DNA of 64,000 nucleotides from Gemmatimonadales bacterium (lineage in GTDB: Bacteria > Gemmatimonadota > Gemmatimonadetes > Gemmatimonadales > GWC2-71-9), in contig JBFJCP010000020.1 in NCBI GenBank assembly GCA_041615815.1, positions 7,325 through 71,324 on the forward strand, in the 5' to 3' direction. The notes beneath the pieces are model-generated. The model worked only from the letters and a program-made list of their open reading frames with translations, had not been told where the DNA came from and searched no databases. The position numbers and the translations under genes are program-made. Positions 18,249-27,288 of this stretch are shown here, one piece after another. Positions within the stretch are counted from its first letter, which is position 1. Every line of letters starts with the position of its first letter.

Positions 18249-19653
18249 CGGTCTCCGTTGCTTCCGCCCGCCGCATCGATCGCTCGTGGCGCGCGTCCCA
18301 GGTGGTATCGCGAACACGGAGCAGATCTTCCCGGGGAAGGGTCTCGAGCAGTCGCCAACCCGTCTCCACCGTCTCCTCGATCGTGCGCCGCCCAGGTCCT
18401 TGATGCACGAACTCCCGCTCGAAGCGGTCGGCGAACGCGAGGGCGCGTTGGTCCGGAGCACCAAGTCCGGCTTCGCCGACGATCGCCGCCATCAGCCGCG
18501 CCTCTCGACCGGTGGCGTACAGCGCATACAACTGATCCGCCCACTCCCGGTGTTCGGGGAGCGTGCGCGCTGAACCAATCCCGGCATTCATGAGACGTGA
18601 GAGCGATGGCAGCACATCGACGGGAGGGAATACACCCCGTCGATGAAGCTCACGACTCAGCACGAGCTGCCCCTCGGTGATGTATCCCGTCAGATCCGGA
18701 ATGGGATGGGTGATGTCGTCATCGGGCATGGTGACGATGGGCAGCTGGGTGAGCGAGCCAATCCCGTCGACTAGCACGCCGGCACGTTCGTACAGCGTGG
18801 CAAGATCGGTGTACATGTATCCCGGAAAGGCTCGCCGTCCGGGGACTTCTTCGCGCGCGGTGGCGATCTCGCGAAGCGCCTCGCAGTAGTTTGTCATGTC
18901 CGCAAGCACCACGAGCACGTGGAAACCTGCCTCGAACGCGAGGAACTCGGCCTGCGTCAGAGCCGTACGCGGGGCCAAGAGGCGCTCGATCGTCGGGTCC
19001 CGGGCTTCGTTCAGGTAGACGACGCTCCGTTCGAGGGCACCGCTCCGTTCGAACCGATCCAGAAAGGCCGTCGTTTCCCGCGTCGTGATGCCGATGGCGG
19101 CAAATACCAACGCGAACGGTTCGTCCCCGGGAGCGCGCGCGCCCTCCACGATTTGCGCCGCGAGCTCCAGACCGGGAAGCCCCGGACCAGAGAAGACCGG
19201 GAGCTTCTGACCGCGGACGAGCGTGTTGAGCCCGTCGATCACCGATACCCCGGTTTCCAGGAAGTCGGCGGGAGGCGCCCGGCGAGTGGGATTGAGTGGC
19301 GCTCCCCAAATCGGGCGGACGGCCTCCCCGACCGGTGGAGGAAGTCCGTCCAGCGGAAGGCCGACGCCGTTCATGACTCGACCCATCAGCTCGCGGCCCA
19401 CGACCGTCCAGGCCACATCCCCGGTGAGGGTGACTTCGACATCGGCTGGCGGCAGGCCCAGCGTCTCTTCGAGAACCTGGATGACGGTCATCTCCTGCCC
19501 GGCGTCGATCACTTGGCCACGACGTTCCGGAAAGCCGGCCCCACGAATCCGAACCCACTCGCCGAGTGCCGCGCGGGAGGTGCGTGGGAGATACAGCAGC
19601 GGACCCGCCGCCGCGGCTGCTCCGCGGTACGTTCGTGCCACCGGCGCGGTCAT
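18241..19653 (-). CDS. atpB: V/A-type ATPase subunit B
   Basis: 470 aa, non-catalytic B-type. Blocks read: RGQKLPVFSGPGLPG, AFPGYMYTDLATLYERAG, GSLTQLPIVTMPDDDITHPIPDLTGYITEGQ. Confidence 0.95.
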   Translation of the reverse strand: MTAPVARTYRGAAAAAGPLLYLPRTSRAALGEWVRIRGAGFPERRGQVIDAGQEMTVIQVLEETLGLPPADVEVTLTGDVAWTVVGRELMGRVMNGVGLPLDGLPPPVGEAVRPIWGAPLNPTRRAPPADFLETGVSVIDGLNTLVRGQKLPVFSGPGLPGLELAAQIVEGARAPGDEPFALVFAAIGITTRETTAFLDRFERSGALERSVVYLNEARDPTIERLLAPRTALTQAEFLAFEAGFHVLVVLADMTNYCEALREIATAREEVPGRRAFPGYMYTDLATLYERAGVLVDGIGSLTQLPIVTMPDDDITHPIPDLTGYITEGQLVLSRELHRRGVFPPVDVLPSLSRLMNAGIGSARTLPEHREWADQLYALYATGREARLMAAIVGEAGLGAPDQRALAFADRFEREFVHQGPGRRTIEETVETGWRLLETLPREDLLRVRDTTWDARHERSMRRAEATETDA

Positions 19654-21476
19654 GGGGGCGCCATCCTCGCGTCGACCGAGCTTCCCGCATCTCGGCGCCC
19701 GTCCTCGGCCGGTGCGCGGGCACTCCGCGCGGTTCCCGCCACGGTCGCCGGAAGGCGACGAATCTCGGCCTCCACTCGTGCGGCCAACTCGTCGATCTCC
19801 TCCACGGAAGCGTGGCGCAGGGCCACCAGATGCTGTCGCAACGCGCCGACCGTTCGCTGCTCAAGTGCAACGCCGGCCGCGAGCGCGTCTTCAGCCGTTT
19901 GATAGAGTAGGTGAACGAGCGTGACGAGACGGTAGGTCTTGGCAGTCGACGACCAGGCATCGTTGGGGTCGTACGCGTTCTGACCGAGGATGACCTCGCG
20001 AACGACCTGCGCGATCTCCAAGAGCAGACGGTCCCGATCCTGGAGGCCCTCGTGGCCTACCAGCGCTGCGATGTCACGAAGCTCGCGATCCCGACCGAGG
20101 AGTTCCAACATCTGGCGCCGGAGCACAGGCCACTCCGCAGCCACTTCGCGCGCAAACCAGTCCGCGGTCTCTCGTTCGTAGAGAGTGTAGCTCGTTTCCC
20201 AATCGACCGCCGGGAATTGCCGTTGATGCGCCAGACCCGCATCGAGCGCCCACAACGCGCCGGTGACCCGAAGCGAGGCTTGGGTCACCGGTTCCGAGAA
20301 ATCACCCCCGGGTGGAGACACGGCGCTGATGATGCTGAGCGCCCCGGTGCGTTCCGGTTTGCCCGCCGCCGTGATGCGACCAGCCCGCTCGTACCACTTG
20401 GCCAGGCGGTTCCCGAGATACGTGGGATAGCCTTCCTCGCCCGGCATCTCCTGGAGACGCGCGCTCATCTCGCGCAAAGCTTCAGCCCAGCGCGAGAGTG
20501 AATCGGCCATCACCGCCACGCGCAACCCCATGTCCCGGTAGTACTCCGCCACGGTCACCCCGACGTAGACGGACGCTTCGCGCGCCGCCACCGGCATGTT
20601 CGACGTATTGACCACAAGCACGGTCCTGTCCATCACCGAGCGCCCGGTCTCAGGATCCACGAGTTCGGGAAACTCCTCGAGGACTTCAGCCATCTCATTC
20701 CCCCGCTCACCACAGCCGATGTACACCACGACATCGGCATCCGCATATTTGGCGAGGGATTGTTCGATCACGGTCTTGCCGGTTCCAAATCCGCCCGGGA
20801 CCGCCACGGTTCCCCCTTCCGCCACGGGAAAGAGAAAGTCGAGGACCCGTTGCCCAGTGATGAGTGGTCGGTCGAGGGCGAGCCGCCGACCAACGGGGCG
20901 AGGCTGACGTACCGGCCACCGATGCGCCAGCGTGAGCGGCGTTCCATCGGCCAGCTGTCCCACGGGCTCGTCCACGGTGAAGGAGCCCGCGGCGATCTCG
21001 GCAATGTGACCACTCGTGCCAGGGGGAATGAGGATCCGGTGCGGCACGCCTGATTTCTCCTCGACGCGCCCGATGACGTCTCCTTCCTGTACCGCGTCAC
21101 CGTCGCCGATCTCGGGGCGAAAGGCCCACCGCTGGTGGGGATCGAGGGTGGGGGCCGTGGCGCCCGGGCCCATGAAACTGCCCGTCGCGTCTGCCAGGCG
21201 CGCGAGCGGTCGGCCCACGCCGTCGATCACTGCCCCCAAGAGGCCGGGGCCGAGCTGGATGGTCAGCGCCTCGCCCGTCGCTTCCACCGGTTCGCCAAGC
21301 CGGAGCCCCGTGGTGTCTTCGTAGACCTGGATCGTGCCAGTGTCGCCGCGAATGCGAATAATCTCACCGAGGAGTCGGCGCGCTCCGACGCGCACCAACT
21401 CGTACAGGGATACGCCCACGAGCGGTCTCGACTCGACGAGCGCTCCAGTAATTCGCACGGTCCGGGGGTCGTTCAT
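19650..21476 (-). CDS. atpA: V/A-type ATPase catalytic subunit A
   Basis: Walker [10 protein letters not shown], then [34 protein letters not shown] 21476 overlaps the subunit F stop (ATGA). Confidence 0.95.
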   Translation of the reverse strand: MNDPRTVRITGALVESRPLVGVSLYELVRVGARRLLGEIIRIRGDTGTIQVYEDTTGLRLGEPVEATGEALTIQLGPGLLGAVIDGVGRPLARLADATGSFMGPGATAPTLDPHQRWAFRPEIGDGDAVQEGDVIGRVEEKSGVPHRILIPPGTSGHIAEIAAGSFTVDEPVGQLADGTPLTLAHRWPVRQPRPVGRRLALDRPLITGQRVLDFLFPVAEGGTVAVPGGFGTGKTVIEQSLAKYADADVVVYIGCGERGNEMAEVLEEFPELVDPETGRSVMDRTVLVVNTSNMPVAAREASVYVGVTVAEYYRDMGLRVAVMADSLSRWAEALREMSARLQEMPGEEGYPTYLGNRLAKWYERAGRITAAGKPERTGALSIISAVSPPGGDFSEPVTQASLRVTGALWALDAGLAHQRQFPAVDWETSYTLYERETADWFAREVAAEWPVLRRQMLELLGRDRELRDIAALVGHEGLQDRDRLLLEIAQVVREVILGQNAYDPNDAWSSTAKTYRLVTLVHLLYQTAEDALAAGVALEQRTVGALRQHLVALRHASVEEIDELAARVEAEIRRLPATVAGTARSARAPAEDGRRDAGSSVDARMAPP

Positions 21477-21802
21477 CGGAGTCTCACACGATACCCGATA
21501 GCCCGCCGCAGCAGGTCCACGATGTATGCCTCCGCGCCTTCGCGACGAGGACGCCACGTGGGTCCCGGGAAGGGGACAAGCATGGGGAGCGGTTGCTTGG
21601 CCAGCTGCCGATGGAGCGCCGGCGGCAATGCGTCATGGAGCCGTTCCTCGACGAGCACCACGCCGGTATCCGCCTGCCGCATCAACTCGTCGATACGGTT
21701 GGCGGCGTCGGCGGGGCGGTCGACGGCAATCGTCGGAAGACCCGCCAACGCAAATCCGGGAGCCACCTCAGGTCCACAGATGATGCGAACGCCGTATCTC
21801 AT
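21473..21802 (-). CDS. atpF: V/A-type ATPase subunit F
   Basis: 109 aa. GFALAGLP...VVLVEERL pattern, positioned between C and A. Confidence 0.85.
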   Translation of the reverse strand: MRYGVRIICGPEVAPGFALAGLPTIAVDRPADAANRIDELMRQADTGVVLVEERLHDALPPALHRQLAKQPLPMLVPFPGPTWRPRREGAEAYIVDLLRRAIGYRVRLR

Positions 21803-22818
21803 GACAGGGTCACTAACTCGGAGACCATCGCGTCGGGCGGAGCGCCGAGGGCGACACCCCAGATGATCCGCGAAAGATCGATCACTTCGGCGCGGAGGCG
21901 AAGCAGGAACGCCAAAAGCGGCGCGGCTCCCAAGGGTGCCACGCGTGCCACGCGCTCCAGCTCTCGGATCTCCGCCTGCAATACCGCCCCTTCGAGCGTG
22001 GCGAGATCAGTGGCATGCGCCAGCACGAGGTTCGCGTAGGGGGTCGCCTGCAAGGAGTGCGCGAGGTGGTGGGCACAAGTACCGACGTCCGCCGCCCCTG
22101 CGGCACGCGAAAACGCATCCACAGCGATCAGCTCGCCTCCCTCCAGGAAACATCGCGCTACGTCCATATCTTCTGGTGCGCCAGCCAGGAGCAGCGCCGT
22201 ATACGCGTTCTCCACGTCGATCACGCGACGCACGAAGGCGCGCAGCTCCCTCCCCCCGCGACGCGCCGCTCGGCTCGCCCGCAGGGCGTACGCCCGATCG
22301 AGCTGAAGTTGAAGCATGAAGAGGTCCGGACTCCGCTCCTCAGCCTCGGTGCGGATCGCGGCGCCGAATGGGTGGTTCCACGCAATCAGGAGGGTGGCCA
22401 TGTCCCGGACGCTCGCCAGTCGCGCGAGCTCACCGAGCGCACGCTCGGGTAGTGAGGGCGTAGGTATCAAGCCTGTGAGTCGTTGCTCCCACGGGGTGAC
22501 GTGGAGCGCGCCTCGTAGCATGGCGCGGAGACTGCGCCGATCCTCGTCGTCCAGAACGACACTCATCGCCCTCGCGCGGTCTCCCGCCCACCGCACAATC
22601 GTGCGTAGCTGGCGAGCGGCTCCGCGCCGGACCGCGAGCTCCAACGCGTTCGGCTGCAACGCCGTGACATCGACGTCCACGGGATACCAAGTGGACACCA
22701 GGCCCGTGCCCAGCGCCTCGAGATCCGCAGAGGTGGACAACTGCTCCAGGTGGGACCGTCCCAGGAGGTGTGTCCCCAGCCCTCGCGCCCGGACATTGAC
22801 GTCGGACCACGTAATCAT
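21799..22818 (-). CDS. atpC: V/A-type ATPase subunit C (d)
   Basis: 339 aa, all-helical. ATG 22818 overlaps the subunit E stop (ATGA). Called from position in the operon and a C/d-like N-terminus (NVRARGLGTHLL). Confidence 0.8.
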   Translation of the reverse strand: MITWSDVNVRARGLGTHLLGRSHLEQLSTSADLEALGTGLVSTWYPVDVDVTALQPNALELAVRRGAARQLRTIVRWAGDRARAMSVVLDDEDRRSLRAMLRGALHVTPWEQRLTGLIPTPSLPERALGELARLASVRDMATLLIAWNHPFGAAIRTEAEERSPDLFMLQLQLDRAYALRASRAARRGGRELRAFVRRVIDVENAYTALLLAGAPEDMDVARCFLEGGELIAVDAFSRAAGAADVGTCAHHLAHSLQATPYANLVLAHATDLATLEGAVLQAEIRELERVARVAPLGAAPLLAFLLRLRAEVIDLSRIIWGVALGAPPDAMVSELVTLS

Positions 22819-23399
22819 GGGACGGGCGCCGCACGAGCGACGATGTCCAGCGCGATTCGCGGCCGCAGCCGCTCCAGGCGCGCCTCGAGCGTGTTGTCCA
22901 CGGTCACCGAGCCATCTGTGGATTCGACGACCGGTCCAGTGAGAGCGGCTGCGTCTTCCACGACCGCGACGGATGGCCGTGAGGACGCCAAGCCGCGCAC
23001 AATCTCGGCAATCACCGGCGGGCACCGCACCGTACATGCCCCATCTCCCACGTATGCCAAGGCGTCGTCGAGGTGCGTCGGTAGCACCGTGCGGTACCGG
23101 TCCTCCGATAAGGTCTCCGGCAGGCGCTCACGCGCGTTCGCAAACACACGATCCAGCAGGTGCTGGCGGGCCGCGAGAACCTCGCCGCGTGCGTGTCGCC
23201 GTGCCGCGGTGAGAACCGCCGAAGCCTCATCACGCCACTCTCGCTCGCGCGGTCCCAGGTACGCGGCCTGCTGGTCCGCGATGCGCGCGGCGGTGCGGGC
23301 ACGGATCCGCCCCACTTCCGTCTTGGCCTCCGCCAGGAGCGCCGCCTGCTCGGCAGCGGCCTCATGCTCCAGCGCGGCCAGCAGCTGTTCGATGGCCAC
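22815..23399 (-). CDS. atpE: V/A-type ATPase subunit E (peripheral stalk)
   Basis: 194 aa. Long N-terminal Ala/Glu/Arg helix plus a C-terminal globular part ending DNTLEARLERL, as in E subunits. Confidence 0.8.
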   Translation of the reverse strand: MAIEQLLAALEHEAAAEQAALLAEAKTEVGRIRARTAARIADQQAAYLGPREREWRDEASAVLTAARRHARGEVLAARQHLLDRVFANARERLPETLSEDRYRTVLPTHLDDALAYVGDGACTVRCPPVIAEIVRGLASSRPSVAVVEDAAALTGPVVESTDGSVTVDNTLEARLERLRPRIALDIVARAAPVP

Positions 23400-23414
23400 G
23401 GTCCCCCCCTTCGC

Positions 23415-23636
23415 TTACCCTCCCGTCCGCAGCAGAATGAGCACGGACACCACGAAACCGAGAATCACCATCGTCTCAGGAATGGCGATCATGAGCACTG
23501 CCACGGTGCTCAATTCGGGTTTCTCGGCCATGCTCGCGGCGACCGCCGGCCCGATCTTCGACTGGGCCCACGCCGTGGCGAGGGCGGGCAAGCCGATGGC
23601 GACGGCTGCGGAAAGCGCGATCGAGAGTGCTTCCAT
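23415..23636 (-). CDS. atpK: V/A-type ATPase proteolipid subunit K/c (single hairpin)
   Basis: 73 aa with two hydrophobic helices joined by the polar loop MAEKPE. Carboxylate in helix 2 (IAIPETMVILGF). Confidence 0.85.
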   Translation of the reverse strand: MEALSIALSAAVAIGLPALATAWAQSKIGPAVAASMAEKPELSTVAVLMIAIPETMVILGFVVSVLILLRTGG

Positions 23637-23660
23637 GAGTGCTCCTCTCTGCGGCGGGCC

Positions 23661-25550
23661 TCACGCCCGCTCGTTGTGTATTCGAGGCGTCCAATGTCGA
23701 AGGGGCTCGTACCGAATGCCGCCGGGACTGTAGAACTTCCCGAAGAACTCGACGTATTGAAGACGCAAGGCGTGAATGGTGGGGCTGAACACCCCAATGG
23801 CGAAGTTCACCAGATGGAACAGCAACGCGAATAACACACCGACGGCGACGCTGCCCAACGCACCGACCATCCGGTTGGCGACCACCGCCAACATCACGGA
23901 GGCGATCCCCACGGCCATGATGCGCGCGTAGGACAGGATGTTACCCAATGTCGAGAGCAGCTCGATGGGTGCCACCAGCCCTTCGGCGATGATCAGGATC
24001 GGGAACGCGACGAGAATTCCCACCACGGCGGGGTTGAAGAACGCCCGCGGGAGGACACCGATGACGGCCAGCAACGCGAGGATGATCAGCACGATCATGA
24101 GCGCCGAGATCCCTCGGCCCACGGCCCGGCGTGGGTGACTCCGGGCAGCGACGACTCCCAACACGAGACCGACGAGGATGTGCACCCCGCCGAGCGCGAC
24201 GGCGAGGATCAGAAACGGCACCACCGCTTCTTCGCGATCGAAGGCGAGCGGTCTCAGTCCCATCCGCTCGCCGAGGTCGCCGAGGAACTCTCCATAGAGA
24301 AAACCGGCCAGTACCGTAAACAGCGCGCAGGCACCGGCGATCTCCGCCAGGTTGCGGAGCGTGCTGCCTGCCTTCGAACGGAGTCTGAGCACGAGCGCCC
24401 CGAGACCCAGGACCAGGCCATAGCCGACGTCCCCCAGGATCAGCCCAAAGAACACGGGGAAGAACACTGCCACGAACGGCGTGGGATCGATGGTGCCATA
24501 CTGTGGCAACGGGAACAGTCTGATCAGCGCCTCGAACGGGCGGAACAGTCGAGGATTGTGCAGCACGACCGGTGCTTCCTCCGCTACCCATTCTTCCCGA
24601 CCAACTTCCGAGACGACCACTTGACCCTGAAAGCGATCCTCGAGGCGCTGCGTGAACGACGGTCGGGTCCCGGATGGGAGCCAGCCTTCCACCACGAACG
24701 CCCGGCCGGACAGCCCCGACAGCGGAATGGCGGCCAGCTCGGCCAACCGGTCCCGCACGGCGTCTCGCGCATCCACCAAATCCGGGCCGTGGGTGCGAGC
24801 GAGCTCAGCTCGTCGTTCCGATACGGCACGGAGCGCGTCGGGGATCTCCCCGAGTCTCGCGATCATACGTGGGATCGCCTCCGCAAGGGAGCTCCCGTAC
24901 CCGCTGGGAACGGGTATCTCGCGGACGCGCGCTTCCGCCATCAGCGCCTCGACTTTCGGCGCCGAGCTGGCGGAAACCAGAACCAGCAATGCCGTTTCGC
25001 CCGTGGGAAGTCGTTGCGTGTAGAGTTCGAACTCGTCTCCAATGGCCTCGCCCAAGCTGGTGCGCAGCTTGCCTAGCGACGCCGCTTCGTCCGCCTTCAA
25101 GAGCACGTGGTACGCGGTGGCGTTCGGCCACCGGGACGCGGCCTCGATGAACGAACGAAAAGCCGAGAAGTACCGCTGATACTTGAGGACGAGCGCGCGT
25201 TCTTCTTCGAGTGCTGCCCGTTCCTGCTCCAACCGCTCCGTCGCTCGACGCATGCGACGACCGAGGCGCGCCCAGCGCGCGTAATCTCCCACGGTCGGGG
25301 GCGGCCGCTCCCGCCGCCTGGTCGGTCGCTGACGCGGAAGCCCTTCCAGCGCAGTCTCCACGTCCTCCAGCACATGCCGGAGGTGGCGGCGTTGGCGTGC
25401 GAGCCGTGGGGTGAGCACGGCGGGCGCGAGGGGTTCGTCGGTGGGTGGAGCCGCCAGGTGGAGAACGCCCAGGTCTTGAACCACGCGAAGCACATCCACT
25501 AGGACGTCACGCGGTCCCAGAATGCGGACCCGAGACATCTTGGTGATCAC
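23661..25550 (-). CDS. atpI: V/A-type ATPase subunit I (a)
   Basis: I prefer GTG 25550 (GTGA overlap, GGAGCGGAG upstream), which gives (M)ITKMSRVRILGPRD.. like known I-subunit N-termini; the alternative is ATG 25538. Soluble N-terminal half plus a polytopic C-terminal half with a conserved Arg context (LSYARIMAVGIAS). Confidence 0.9.
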   Translation of the reverse strand: MITKMSRVRILGPRDVLVDVLRVVQDLGVLHLAAPPTDEPLAPAVLTPRLARQRRHLRHVLEDVETALEGLPRQRPTRRRERPPPTVGDYARWARLGRRMRRATERLEQERAALEEERALVLKYQRYFSAFRSFIEAASRWPNATAYHVLLKADEAASLGKLRTSLGEAIGDEFELYTQRLPTGETALLVLVSASSAPKVEALMAEARVREIPVPSGYGSSLAEAIPRMIARLGEIPDALRAVSERRAELARTHGPDLVDARDAVRDRLAELAAIPLSGLSGRAFVVEGWLPSGTRPSFTQRLEDRFQGQVVVSEVGREEWVAEEAPVVLHNPRLFRPFEALIRLFPLPQYGTIDPTPFVAVFFPVFFGLILGDVGYGLVLGLGALVLRLRSKAGSTLRNLAEIAGACALFTVLAGFLYGEFLGDLGERMGLRPLAFDREEAVVPFLILAVALGGVHILVGLVLGVVAARSHPRRAVGRGISALMIVLIILALLAVIGVLPRAFFNPAVVGILVAFPILIIAEGLVAPIELLSTLGNILSYARIMAVGIASVMLAVVANRMVGALGSVAVGVLFALLFHLVNFAIGVFSPTIHALRLQYVEFFGKFYSPGGIRYEPLRHWTPRIHNERA

Positions 25551-26002
25551 GGCTCCGCTCCGGCCGCCAGGAGTCGATCGAGCACGATCTCGCTCCACTC
25601 ACGGATTCGCGCGTCTGCCACCGCGTGGAACGCGCGAACCTGCCGCGTAGCATCCTTCGTGATCGACTCGAGCTCGCGATCCCGCTCGGCCTGGATCGTC
25701 GCGCGGAGCCGGTGTGCCGCAGCCTCACATTCGTGCGTCGCCGCGGCTTCGGCCTGCTCCCCATCACGACGCGCAGCCTCCACCAGGCGCTCCGCTTCCG
25801 CACGTGTCTCCTGCCGGGCCGCGTCGAGAAGACGCTCGGCGGCAATCAGGCGGGCGAGATCGCTCTCCACCACCTGTGGTTCCGTCCGCGCTGCCTTTTT
25901 GCTGCGCACCTCGAAGCCCCCAAGAAACCGTGTGGCTGCGGTGGAAGCGGCCCTCCGACGAGGCGGCCACGACCCATCCAAGCCACCACCAACGGCGAAC
26001 AT
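25547..26002 (-). CDS. V/A-type ATPase peripheral-stalk subunit G/H-like (first gene of the operon)
   Basis: Gly-rich N-terminus followed by a long Ala/Glu/Arg helix (LIAAERLLDAARQETRAEAERLVEAARRDGEQAEAAA...). Called from position upstream of I; the start is uncertain. Confidence 0.6.
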   Translation of the reverse strand: MFAVGGGLDGSWPPRRRAASTAATRFLGGFEVRSKKAARTEPQVVESDLARLIAAERLLDAARQETRAEAERLVEAARRDGEQAEAAATHECEAAAHRLRATIQAERDRELESITKDATRQVRAFHAVADARIREWSEIVLDRLLAAGAEP

Positions 26003-26142
26003 AGGGGCCGAACCGTTAACCGACCTTGTAACAGCGAATTAATGCTTTCTTAAAGTTCGCCCGCCTACGATGCCCTCACGTTCATAAATCCGAGCCGTTC
26101 CCCCGCCAGGCGGCCCGCGTCTTCGGACCCGGGAGGCTCCTT
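26003..26142. promoter_or_regulatory. divergent control region between the V-ATPase operon and the hydrogenase operon
   Basis: 140-bp gap containing the only locally AT-rich stretch here (ttgtaacagcgaattaatgctttcttaaagtt). No promoter elements could be assigned with confidence. Confidence 0.35.
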
Positions 26143-27288
26143 ATGTATCTGCCGTCGTCGCATCCATGGGCTCCGGGCGAGACCTTGAGCCAGCATCTCG
26201 ACCAGCGGGGTGTGAAACGGCGCGACTTCCTCGCCTTCTGTGCGGAATTCACCGCGATCCTCGGCCTCAGCACCACGTTGACTCCCAAGGTGGCCCACGC
26301 ACTTGCGCAGCTGAAACGCCCCAGTGTGATCTGGGTGCAACTGCAGGAGTGCACGGGATGTGTCGAGAGCGTACTCAGGACTGCGGAGCCCACCGTTGGC
26401 GATCTCGTGCTCGATCTCGTCTCGCTGGATTACAGCCACACCATCATGGCGGCCGCCGGGGATGCCGCCGAGCAAGCACTCCATCAGGCCATGGAGGCAA
26501 ACAGCGGTCAATACGTCCTGGTGGTGACCGGATCAGTCCCACTGGCTGACGATGGGATCTATTGCACCATCGGTGGTCGGACCGCCAAGACCGTGCTCGA
26601 GGAAGCGGCGGCGGGAGCGGCGGCAGTGATTGCGGTGGGCGCCTGCGCGCATTGGGGCAGCGTCCAGGCGGCGCGTCCCAACCCTACTGGGGCCGTAGGC
26701 GTCTCCGAGATCGTTCGGGACAAGCCGGTGGTCAACATCGCGGGTTGCCCCCCCATTGGCGACGTCGTCACGGCGACCATCGTGCACCTCCTCACGTTTG
26801 GCCGCGTGCCGGCACTCGACGCGGACGGCCGGCCCCTCTTTGCCTATGGAGCCCGCATCCACGACCAGTGCCCTCGCCGGGCGCACTTCGATGCTGGGCA
26901 GTACGTCGAGGCGTTCGACGATGATTCTGCACGGCGGGGGTGGTGTCTCTACCGTGTGGGATGTAAGGGACCGGCCACCTTCTCGCCCTGTCCCATCTTT
27001 CAGTGGAATACACGTACCAACTGGCCCATCGGAGCCGGCCATCCCTGCATCGGCTGCACCGAGCGGAATTTTTGGGACACGATGACGCCGTTTTACGGTC
27101 GGCTTCCCGACGTGGCGGGCTTTGGGATCGAGCGTCGCGTGGACACCATCGGCGCCGCACTCGCCGTCGGCGCCACGGCTGGCGTCGCGGCTCACGCGAT
27201 CGCCACCGGCGTCCATCGGATGCGACAGCGCCGTGCGTTGGCGGTCGTGGAATCCCCTTCACAGGGGAAGGAGGTGGACCGTGGCTAG
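26143..27288 (+). CDS. hupS: [NiFe] hydrogenase small subunit, Tat-exported, membrane-bound type
   Basis: Twin-arginine signal (GVKRRDFLAFC), proximal-cluster motif VQLQECTGCVESVLR, C-terminal hydrophobic anchor (AALAVGATAGVAAHAIATGV). GGGAGG upstream of the ATG. Confidence 0.95.
   Translation: MYLPSSHPWAPGETLSQHLDQRGVKRRDFLAFCAEFTAILGLSTTLTPKVAHALAQLKRPSVIWVQLQECTGCVESVLRTAEPTVGDLVLDLVSLDYSHTIMAAAGDAAEQALHQAMEANSGQYVLVVTGSVPLADDGIYCTIGGRTAKTVLEEAAAGAAAVIAVGACAHWGSVQAARPNPTGAVGVSEIVRDKPVVNIAGCPPIGDVVTATIVHLLTFGRVPALDADGRPLFAYGARIHDQCPRRAHFDAGQYVEAFDDDSARRGWCLYRVGCKGPATFSPCPIFQWNTRTNWPIGAGHPCIGCTERNFWDTMTPFYGRLPDVAGFGIERRVDTIGAALAVGATAGVAAHAIATGVHRMRQRRALAVVESPSQGKEVDRG

Noticed and set aside
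18719-19960. 413-aa minus-strand ORF across V-ATPase B/A
   Set aside because: It is out of frame with clearly recognisable B and A subunits, and its translation is Arg-rich.
26290-26400. O2-tolerant (six-Cys proximal cluster, group 1d) hydrogenase small subunit
   Set aside because: The proximal-cluster motif reads ECTGC, with Gly at the supernumerary-Cys position, not ECTCC. There is no evidence for the 1d-type cluster from this motif.
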